DNA of 64,000 nucleotides, taken from NCBI GenBank assembly GCA_963823665.1, contig CAWGMQ010000006.1:736001-800000 (forward strand), given 5' to 3'. The stretch comes from an uncultured Planctomycetota bacterium. Lineage in GTDB: Bacteria; Planctomycetota; Planctomycetia; Isosphaerales; Isosphaeraceae. A program made the position numbers and the translations under genes. Within the stretch, counting starts at the first letter, position 1. Every line of letters begins with the position of its first letter. The notes below the pieces were generated by a model, which was not told the DNA's origin, did no database searches, and worked only from the letters and a program-made list of their open reading frames with translations. Below, one piece after another: positions 56,542 through 64,000 of this stretch.

Positions 56542-57717
56542 ATGAGCACCGCAGATCGACATCCTGCCGAAGCCTTGACCGCCGAGCCCCCGCCTCCTGC
56601 GCTCTCCCGCCACTTCCCCACGTTCTATTTTTCGTGGAAATGCCTCATATCGTTCCGGAACGGGATATGGCAGCGTCGCCGCGCGATCGCCAGCACCCTG
56701 GTCGTGGCGGCCCTCTCGCTCGTCGTCCTGTACGGCTGCTGGGAAGCTGTGGTCGGACCCCAGCGCAATGCCGTCACGGCCATTCAGAAGGCGGGCGGAT
56801 CCGTTGGCTACGAATGGGAATGGAACAACGGCCGGCCGGCGCCGCCGGGCGCCGAACCGCCGTGGGCACACTGGCTCGTCATAACGCTTGGACAGGATGT
56901 GTTCGGCCACGTTGTGACGGTCGACCTGGTCGGAGGCCGCGCGGACGACGCCCTCATGACCCACATCGGAGGCCTCACCCATCTCCAGCGTCTGAATCTG
57001 AACGGTACGTCGCTCACGGCTACCGGATTAGCGCGGCTCGAGAGGCTGACTGCTCTCGAGATCCTCGCACTCCCGAATGAGCCCTTCACCGACGACGACC
57101 TGGCCCATCTCGCCGGCATGACCAAACTCAAACAATTTCACGTTTACCTGGGCGCGCAAATTACGGACAGAGGCCTATCGCACCTCGCCAAGATGCGGCA
57201 AATGAAATCGCTCTGGCTGATCAACACGCAAATCACGACGCTCGAGCCGATTCGAGGGATGACGCAATTGAAGCAACTGAACCTCCACGGCGCGCCGATC
57301 ACCGACGAAGGGCTCAAGCCTCTGGCAGACTTCACGGGCCTGCAGTGGCTCTCCCTGGGTGGGTCCAAGGTCACCGACGCGGGGATCACACATTTCTCCA
57401 CCTTGTCCAATCTCGTGATGCTCGACCTGAACCGAACCGCCGTCGGTGACGCCGGTGTTCGGCTGCTCTTTGACCTGCCTCGGATCTTGTCACTGAACCT
57501 GCACGGCACCCACGTCACCGACGCCGGCCTCGCCGAGCTGGCCGATCGGACGAGCCACGGGCCGTTGCAGAGTCTGGTCGTCACCGGAGCGAGAGTCACG
57601 CCTGCCGCGGTCGACGAGCTGCGGAAGAAGCTGCCGCAAGTCGGTATCATGGGCCCCGGGGACCTACGCATGCCGCGCCGTGCGCCGCGCCGCTCCAGCC
57701 GCCTCAATCGCCGATGA
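56542..57717 (+). CDS. Membrane-anchored LRR protein
   Basis: TM segment, GGSVGYEWEW, LRRs LxxLxLxxTxVTDAGL. Confidence 0.88.
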   Translation: MSTADRHPAEALTAEPPPPALSRHFPTFYFSWKCLISFRNGIWQRRRAIASTLVVAALSLVVLYGCWEAVVGPQRNAVTAIQKAGGSVGYEWEWNNGRPAPPGAEPPWAHWLVITLGQDVFGHVVTVDLVGGRADDALMTHIGGLTHLQRLNLNGTSLTATGLARLERLTALEILALPNEPFTDDDLAHLAGMTKLKQFHVYLGAQITDRGLSHLAKMRQMKSLWLINTQITTLEPIRGMTQLKQLNLHGAPITDEGLKPLADFTGLQWLSLGGSKVTDAGITHFSTLSNLVMLDLNRTAVGDAGVRLLFDLPRILSLNLHGTHVTDAGLAELADRTSHGPLQSLVVTGARVTPAAVDELRKKLPQVGIMGPGDLRMPRRAPRRSSRLNRR

Positions 57718-57807
57718 AGAACTGCCGCGGTGAGGAGAGGAGGGCTAAACAGCGTTCCCCAATCACGCGACTACGGCGCGTCGCACTGGCTCCGCCACTG
57801 CTCCGGT

Positions 57808-57876
57808 GTAGCAGGCACACTCCGTGTGCCGTCCGCCGAAGTTGCCGGATGGGTGGCACTGGCATTGCCAGTGTGC
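57808..57876 (+). repeat. GTAG-type REP plus GGCACTGGC-N-GCCAGTG hairpin
   Basis: GTAGCAGGCACACTCCGTGTGCCGTCCGCCGAAGTTGCCG...GTGGCACTGGCATTGCCAGTG. Confidence 0.85.
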
Positions 57877-57918
57877 CATGCCCGGGTGGATCGCCGTCAC
57901 GGATTTGCAAAAACCTAT

Positions 57919-58602
57919 TCAGGAGAAATCTCTCGTCTCAGCTTCAAGGAGAATATCGCTGATCATGACGGCCGTCGCCACCAAAAGCGGCGGCAGGGCA
58001 ATCAGCCGCCAGTGCGGGGCGAACTGCAAGAGGAAGATGGGGATCGCCACCGCGACCAGAGGAAACAGCCGGGAGCCGAACCATCGCGAGGGTCGAATGC
58101 CGCTGGCGAAAGCGCCCAGGTAAACGAGCGGCATGGAAAGCCAGAGGTGAACCATCGGGCCGGTCATCGACCACTCAAATGGGCCCGGATGCGTTCCCGG
58201 CGCCGCGGCCCAGGCTGCGTAGATTGCAATAGGAAGCAGCGTGCAGGCCAGGAGCAGCCCGGCGCCCGAGACCAGCTTGGTCAGCATGATCGCGCGCCGG
58301 GATAGCGGGCGATGAAGGAGGAACGGGTACGTTCCCTGCCGTAGCTCCCAGAATGACTGGCGGAAGCCCAGCGCGATCGCCAGCGAAAACCCGATGAATC
58401 CATACATCATTGCAAATCCATCCTGCACGAACGGAACATCCGGCAACGGGCTGCCGAGTCCCGGAAGCCATCCTAACAAGTCTCTCAGGAGGTGGTTCCA
58501 ATGGCCCGTGAGCTTGCTCACGTAGACGCCGTAAATCGCCACGGCCAGTGCGGCGAACAGCCGCATCTCACGCAACTCTTTGGCCACGATCGCCAGGACC
58601 AT
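57919..58602 (-). CDS. ABC-2-type permease-like membrane protein
   Basis: MVLAIVAKELRE, FLLHRPLSRRAIMLTK, multiple TM helices. Confidence 0.8.
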   Translation of the reverse strand: MVLAIVAKELREMRLFAALAVAIYGVYVSKLTGHWNHLLRDLLGWLPGLGSPLPDVPFVQDGFAMMYGFIGFSLAIALGFRQSFWELRQGTYPFLLHRPLSRRAIMLTKLVSGAGLLLACTLLPIAIYAAWAAAPGTHPGPFEWSMTGPMVHLWLSMPLVYLGAFASGIRPSRWFGSRLFPLVAVAIPIFLLQFAPHWRLIALPPLLVATAVMISDILLEAETRDFS

Positions 58603-58634
58603 TGTGAAAAGTCTCCTGCAAATGCCGATTGTGC

Positions 58635-60131
58635 TCAGGCGAAGATCTCGATGCCCTTCGGTGCCGGGGCCGGGAAGGCAGTGCGGCACGCCGTGCACGC
58701 TTCGCGATCGCGGGGTGCCCGCACATGACAATTTGGGCACTCCGTGCGCGCCGCCCAGCGCCGGTGCAGGCGATAGCCGGCATAGCCGGGAATTCCGAAC
58801 AGGAAAACGAAGATCGCCCAGCCGGCCTGGTGCGGCACGGGCAGACCGAACGCGCGCGACCTCCGCCACGAAGCGATCGCAAGCAGGAGCCCCAAGATCG
58901 CCACCGCCAGCAATGACGGCCATGACGATTCGATCATCATACGCACCGCGGCCGAAAAGCTGGGGGCCTGATTGATGAGCGACACGAAGAACCACTCGGC
59001 AATGGGCCAGACGAGCGGCGCCGGCAGCGCCGCGACCAGGAGCGATGACTCCTGCTGTTTGCTCCAGACCGCCATGCCGCTCTGCAAGGAGAGATCGGTC
59101 TGGCTGCGGAGAGTACCATCGGGAGCGACCGAACAAATGGTGCGCGGGGCGATGTTCTCGCCAGGATCGGTTCGCCATGGGTGATAAAACTCCGCGAGCG
59201 CGTCGCCTTTGCCGAGTGCGTACCAGGCGATCATGTAATCATCCTGCAACTTGCCCGGAACCGTGAACGTGCTCAGTATCTCATGAGCAGAATTCACCGC
59301 GACGATCGTGTGGGCGGTCCGCACGAACACGGCCGGCTGCCGCGCCAGATCGCTTCTTCCGGCGGTGTCCTGCTCGCAGATTCCGAATGATTCGATCGGT
59401 TCGGGAGTCTCGAAGGCCGTGCTCACAGTGCGTGTGCGGAGATCGAGCACTCGCAGGCGGTTTGCGGTTGGGACGTAGACAGCGCTCAAAGAGATGCGGG
59501 AGGTGAGCGGGTCGGCGCCGCCAACCTGCCCCTGGCTGATCCCGAAGCGCGAGGGGCTCCAGAACGGGACAGTCGTCATCAGGCTACTTCGCACCGGGAA
59601 CTGCTGGCCGGGTGGCGGGCGATCGGATTGGAAGCCTGAGTCTCCGATAAAGCCGACCGCCCGGTTACCGTTCCGGTCGTAGCCGGCGAAATATCCCGCG
59701 CCATCCGGTTTGCCGTCATGCACGAAGTACCAGACGACGCTGGGATGCTCGGGCTCGACGAAGGGTTTGAGCCGCGTTTGCCATGGGAGCTCGCTCAACC
59801 AGGAAGTTTGCGTCCAGTTGCCGGCGAACAGGTAAACTGGCTCGATCAGGTCAGTCTTGGGAGGCGCAGGCACGGTGCGGCCGCTCTTGTCGCTATAGGT
59901 CGCATCGAGCGGATTCGAGCGCGGAATGCTCTTGATGAGCGGTGTGCCGTCGCGCTTGACCACCAGCGATTGCCGGGGCGGCCAGTTCGAGTCTGGGCTT
60001 TGCCACGCCTCCAAGGCAAGGGTGCCGAGAAAAACCGCGAGCACCAGCCAGATCGTACCAAACCCAACGGAGATCGTGGCGGCCAACAGGAGCTGACGGA
60101 CGAAGAACAATATGCTTGCTTTCATGATCAT
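58635..60131 (-). CDS. Membrane protein with large extracytoplasmic loop and C-terminal zinc ribbon (ABC-associated)
   Basis: N- and C-terminal TM helices; CPNC...CTAC; ATGA overlap with the ATPase gene. Confidence 0.75.
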   Translation of the reverse strand: MIMKASILFFVRQLLLAATISVGFGTIWLVLAVFLGTLALEAWQSPDSNWPPRQSLVVKRDGTPLIKSIPRSNPLDATYSDKSGRTVPAPPKTDLIEPVYLFAGNWTQTSWLSELPWQTRLKPFVEPEHPSVVWYFVHDGKPDGAGYFAGYDRNGNRAVGFIGDSGFQSDRPPPGQQFPVRSSLMTTVPFWSPSRFGISQGQVGGADPLTSRISLSAVYVPTANRLRVLDLRTRTVSTAFETPEPIESFGICEQDTAGRSDLARQPAVFVRTAHTIVAVNSAHEILSTFTVPGKLQDDYMIAWYALGKGDALAEFYHPWRTDPGENIAPRTICSVAPDGTLRSQTDLSLQSGMAVWSKQQESSLLVAALPAPLVWPIAEWFFVSLINQAPSFSAAVRMMIESSWPSLLAVAILGLLLAIASWRRSRAFGLPVPHQAGWAIFVFLFGIPGYAGYRLHRRWAARTECPNCHVRAPRDREACTACRTAFPAPAPKGIEIFA

Positions 60132-61096
60132 GCGGCTCCTCGATCTCGGTCGCCGCCTGCTGCGCCGGGATCTGCCTGGGTTCTCTCGTTGTCGAAGGAA
60201 GGGAGCGAAGGCCGCGAGCCCCGGGTGTACGCGACGAAGGCATCCTCCAGGTTCAAGCTCACGACGTCGCATGCCAGCGGACGGAGCGAGTCGATCACGT
60301 GCTGTTGCTCCGGGCCGAAATTGACGAATACGAGCTCGAGGCGGTCGCCGGATTCCCGGGTATTGACGAGCCCCGCGCAGGCGGGGAACGCCGGCGGCCG
60401 GCCGGGAAACTCGATGACCACCTTGCGAATGGATTCTTTGAAATGGTCCGTCGGGCAGTCGACGCGGAGCACGCCGTCGACCATGATGCCGATCCGGTCT
60501 GCCAGCCGCTCAACGTCGGCCAGGATGTGGGAGCTGAAGAGGATCGTCCGGCCCTGCCGCTGGATGAGCTGAACGATCGACGTGATGAACTCGCGGCGGG
60601 CGACGGTGTCCAGGCCGAGCGTCGGGTCGTCGAGGATGAGCAGGTCGGGATCAGGCGCGATCGCCAGGGCGAGTGCAAACTGCGCTCGCTGCCCATGTGA
60701 GAGCCGGCCGATCTTCTGGCGGCGGGGCAGCTCGAAGTGGTCGAGCACCTGGTCGAGCATCGGCCCGTTCCATCGCTCGGAATGAAACGCCCGGCTGAAC
60801 TGCACCGCTTCGGCGACGGTCATCCAGCGGTAGAGGGGGTGTCCTTCCGCCAGGTATGCGATCCGGCCGCGGACATGGGGCGGGAGCGCGGCAACGTCGT
60901 GACCCAGCAGCCGGGCGGTTCCGCAGGTTGGCTGGACCATCCCCAGCAGCATGCGGATGGTCGTCGATTTGCCGGCGCCGTTGCGGCCTAAAAGTCCGTA
61001 GACAGTGCCGGATGGGATTTGAACGGTCGCGGAATCGACGGCGCAGCGCGTGCCGTAGTACTTCGTGAGGCGATGGGTCTCGATTGCGTGGGTCAT
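60128..61096 (-). CDS. ABC transporter ATP-binding protein
   Basis: GRNGAGKST, LSHGQ, LILDDPT, SSH. Confidence 0.93.
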   Translation of the reverse strand: MTHAIETHRLTKYYGTRCAVDSATVQIPSGTVYGLLGRNGAGKSTTIRMLLGMVQPTCGTARLLGHDVAALPPHVRGRIAYLAEGHPLYRWMTVAEAVQFSRAFHSERWNGPMLDQVLDHFELPRRQKIGRLSHGQRAQFALALAIAPDPDLLILDDPTLGLDTVARREFITSIVQLIQRQGRTILFSSHILADVERLADRIGIMVDGVLRVDCPTDHFKESIRKVVIEFPGRPPAFPACAGLVNTRESGDRLELVFVNFGPEQQHVIDSLRPLACDVVSLNLEDAFVAYTRGSRPSLPSFDNERTQADPGAAGGDRDRGAA

Positions 61097-61484
61097 ACAG
61101 TTGCGCTCCACTGGAACTGTGCCGAGCGATCGGATACGAGCTTCAACACTTCGTCTTCCGAGAATCCCAGGTGCACCGCCTCGGTGAGCAGCTTGTCGAG
61201 GATCTCGAGCAGGCGCTGGCGGCGGGCGTCCTTTTTCAGCTCGATCCGTGAGCCGGCGACGAACACGCCGCGACCTTGGCGGTTGTGGACCAGGCCCTCA
61301 CGCTCGAGCTCCGTGTAAGCGCGCGCACGGTGTTGGGGTTGATCACCAGGTCGCGGGAAAGCTGGCGCACGGAGGGCAACTGCTGGTCGGCAAGCAAGTC
61401 GCCGCGAGCCATCGCCTCGCGGACCTGCTGCACCAACTGCTGGTAGATCGGATGCCGGCTGGCGCCGTCGATTTCAAAATGCAT
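61093..61484 (-). CDS. GntR (YtrA subfamily) regulator; apparent frameshift near 61322
   Basis: PIYQQL...LPSVRQLSRDLVINPNTV, then YTELEREGLV..RQGRGVFV in the next frame. Confidence 0.88.
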
Positions 61485-61501
61485 TGGACTCTCTCGCCTT
61501 T

Positions 61502-61526
61502 ACTGTACTAAGTGTATTAGTACAGT
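61502..61526. promoter_or_regulatory. YtrA-type operator palindrome overlapping the promoter
   Basis: ACTGTACTAA-gtgta-TTAGTACAGT; TTGACT -35 on the minus strand at 61540-61545. Confidence 0.8.
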
Positions 61527-61824
61527 TGGAGACGCAAGGAGTCAAGGGGAAAGATTCGGGCGTGTGCTGCGATCGCCCCGATGCCGGGGGCGGGAGCTCA
61601 CGCAAATGTGAGAAAATCAGGTGAAAGGAGTGATTGAGAGTCACTGCGAAGAGGGGCTCACGCAAAGTCGCCAAGTCGCAAAGTGGAAGAAGGCGCAACG
61701 ATGCGAAGACCGTGACGGGATCAGGGTCGGGCTATTCTGGAGAGTGTGGCGATGTGCCCGGGAGGGCGGGCTCGGAGATGACGCACAACGTTGCGGCCGC
61801 GTCCCTTCATGGCGATTCTCCGTT

Positions 61825-61889
61825 GTAGCAGGCACACTCCGTGTGCCGTCCGCCGATGTTGCCGGTCGTGTGGCACTGGCTTTGCCAGT
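61825..61889 (+). repeat. GTAG-type REP plus GGCACTGGC-N-GCCAGT hairpin
   Basis: GTAGCAGGCACACTCCGTGTGCCGTCCGCCGA...GTGGCACTGGCTTTGCCAGT. Confidence 0.85.
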
Positions 61890-61916
61890 AACCGGCCTCG
61901 ATCCTTGCGAACACAC

Positions 61917-63038
61917 TTAAAACTCGGACCGATCAATTTTCTCGCCACCGTCCATCGTGGCGAGCGCGTCCAGAGTCTTTTTGTTGATGTCGGCCGCCTT
62001 CAGAAAGCGCACGCTGCCGTCAACGAAGGCTGCATTTGCTCCGCCGAGATGGTTTCCGCCGATTCCTCCGCCCGGGCGTTCGGGTGAGCTGAACCTCAGG
62101 TCCTGAATGGGATAGTCCCGAGGCTCCATCCAGTCGATCTCGGTTTTGCTGGCCTCGACGGCAAGGATCGTTGTTGCCCGCCCATCGCGAATCTGCTCGA
62201 ACTTGGTCGTGCGATTGCCGGGAAAAGGCGAATGGTTGCCGGTGATCACCACGTACGCTGTCGTCGACAAGCGCCGGCCGCGATCATCCAGGCAGCCGTA
62301 GACCATCGGCATTCGGTGCGCCAACTTGCGGTTGTTAGGTCCGTCCCAGGGTTCTGCAAAGTCGTAAGACTCGTAAATCTGCTTCAGTCCCTCGGTATTG
62401 CCGAAGCCCGTCATTTCAAGATACGGCAGAATCAACACTCGCCAACTGTGCTTGGGTCTACCCTGCTCGTCCGCCAAATAAGCCGGCGGCAGGCAGCCGA
62501 ACTTTGCGTGGTAGTAGTCCATCGCGAGCGCAATCGCTTTGAGATTATATGTGCAGTTGGCCCGCACGAACGACGCTCGGGGCCCCCCGAAAACGAGACT
62601 GCAAGTAACAAGTGCCGGAAGAGCGCCGATTGCCACCCAGACCAGCGCCGTCCTCAGGCCTCCGAAGAAACGGCGCAGGGGGGTTGATTCGCTCACACGA
62701 CGACGGTCTGCCAGCACGAGCTCGCGGGTCGCTGCCGCTAGCCCGAAACCGAGTACGCAGAGGAAGGCCCAACCGTGGATCCGCTGTCGTGAACTGAGCT
62801 CGTATACGTCCAGGTCGAGATCCTCAAGAAGATAAGGTCCCGAGAACACGCCGGCGAGGTAGCCGACGATCGAGATTGCCAGCACGACAGTCAGGCGGAT
62901 CGCGGGTCGACCGAGTGATTTCGCCATCGCGGCGTGTTGCGGTTTCGGCATTCGCGTGGCCTCGTTCGGGCTTGGCGGGTCAAGCTCCGGCTTTTGAATT
63001 GCTCGGTCTTTCGTGGCCAGGTCTTCCGTAGCTTCCAC
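61917..63038 (-). CDS. DUF1559-domain membrane protein
   Basis: C.YNLKAIALAM..YH, HSWRVLILPY, EPWDGPNN, WMEP, HLGGANAAFVDGSVRF. Confidence 0.88.
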   Translation of the reverse strand: MEATEDLATKDRAIQKPELDPPSPNEATRMPKPQHAAMAKSLGRPAIRLTVVLAISIVGYLAGVFSGPYLLEDLDLDVYELSSRQRIHGWAFLCVLGFGLAAATRELVLADRRRVSESTPLRRFFGGLRTALVWVAIGALPALVTCSLVFGGPRASFVRANCTYNLKAIALAMDYYHAKFGCLPPAYLADEQGRPKHSWRVLILPYLEMTGFGNTEGLKQIYESYDFAEPWDGPNNRKLAHRMPMVYGCLDDRGRRLSTTAYVVITGNHSPFPGNRTTKFEQIRDGRATTILAVEASKTEIDWMEPRDYPIQDLRFSSPERPGGGIGGNHLGGANAAFVDGSVRFLKAADINKKTLDALATMDGGEKIDRSEF

Positions 63039-63183
63039 GAACGAGGTGTGTGCTGCAAGACAACGTGGACGTGCCAGGCCGTAGTGACGCGCATCAGCTC
63101 AGTCGTTTGCCGTTGTCAGGCAGCACGCGTCGCGGAGCGGCGAGGCGGGCATCGTCATGCTGAGTGCGGGAACGAGGGACGAG

Positions 63184-63513
63184 CTACAAGCCCACGTCCT
63201 CTGCCTTGACGGGCTTTTCACCGGGTGCACGGATGCACAGAATTGTCACCACATCTTCTTGCACGGTGAACAGAGCTCGATAGGGTTTGCCCTTCCAGAT
63301 CTCGAATAAGAGATGCCGCACTTCCTTGGGAAGGTAACGGCTCTCGTATGCGATCCCGCATGAGAGCGGACGGGATTCAAGCCGGTCGAGCGATTCATAG
63401 AACCGCGCGGCGAGTCGGTTCGCCACCGCTTTTGATGACCGATCTATGAGCCAGGCCATGAGCCTATCGAGATCCGCATACGCGCCGTCGGTTATCTCGA
63501 CGCGGAAACTCAT
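63184..63513 (-). CDS. RelE/ParE-family toxin
   Basis: FRVEITDGAYADL, LESRP, YRALFTV...VTILCIR. Confidence 0.8.
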   Translation of the reverse strand: MSFRVEITDGAYADLDRLMAWLIDRSSKAVANRLAARFYESLDRLESRPLSCGIAYESRYLPKEVRHLLFEIWKGKPYRALFTVQEDVVTILCIRAPGEKPVKAEDVGL

Positions 63514-63764
63514 GAGCTTTCCGAAAGGTTGTGTTTCCGGCGTAACTCGGCGACCGCGTCCCTTGCCGGTCTGACCCGTCCTGCGTCGAGATCAGCGAAT
63601 CCCCGGCGAATTGCGTTGAGGGTCTCGTCGCGCTCCGCCTCGCTCTCGTTCTCGTACTCCCAACGGGCGAGAACCTCATCGACGGTAGGGACCGTCTCGC
63701 CGGCGAGTTGGGCGTCGACGAAGGACTTGAATGCGTGCAGATCATTCGCGCGTTCGGCTGGCAT
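63510..63764 (-). CDS. Putative antitoxin
   Basis: Acidic; AIRRGFADLDAGRVRP; ATGA overlap with the toxin. Confidence 0.75.
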   Translation of the reverse strand: MPAERANDLHAFKSFVDAQLAGETVPTVDEVLARWEYENESEAERDETLNAIRRGFADLDAGRVRPARDAVAELRRKHNLSESS

Positions 63765-63842
63765 GTGTAGGCTCCCTTGGGTTCACTCAATATCATCGGC
63801 GAACGATCAACCGTGAAGCAAGATAAGTTTGTCCCTGGTTCG

Positions 63843-64000
63843 TCACTCCGCGGTCGAACTGTCCGCTGGACCGACCTCTGGCGACGCAGGTGGGCCGGTC
63901 GCACTCGAGCTGTGCTTCTCCATCAGCGAAATCAGCTCCGCGGGGCGACCGTCCTTGGCCCAGTCCAGGGCGGTTTTGCCGGTCCGGTCGCGGTGGCCGA
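63843..64000 (-). CDS. C-terminus of an ankyrin-repeat protein (runs off the window end)
   Basis: RDRTGKTALDWAKDGRPAELISLM. Confidence 0.65.
   Translation of the reverse strand, partial: GHRDRTGKTALDWAKDGRPAELISLMEKHSSSATGPPASPEVGPADSSTAE

Overview
GC-rich bacterial chromosomal segment that looks planctomycetal, probably Isosphaeraceae-like. This is inferred from DUF1559/H-X9-DG proteins, a TIGR03000-like domain, a C-terminally extended ECF sigma factor, a kinase-STAND-FGE fusion and a family of membrane-anchored LRR proteins. It mixes housekeeping or metabolic blocks (AKR/SDR cluster, MoxR-DUF58-BatA-vWA operon, YtrA-type ABC operon) with an accessory landscape: a CHAT-NB-ARC protein, a SIR2-STAND-like-TPR gene interrupted by one in-frame TAG, toxin-antitoxin pairs, GTAG-type REPs, a 5' group II intron remnant and many gene fragments. 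The best candidate for an undescribed system is a three-gene unit at 27.2-29.7 kb: a secreted protein with six identical HKLFSH(G/S)n repeats plus a TIGR03000-like domain, followed by an SdpA/DUF5819-like gene and an HTTM (SdpB / vitamin K-dependent carboxylase-like) gene. Many genes carry apparent single-base frameshifts, probably sequencing errors. No rRNA, tRNA or CRISPR array was recognised. All family assignments come from motif recognition by eye, not from database searches.
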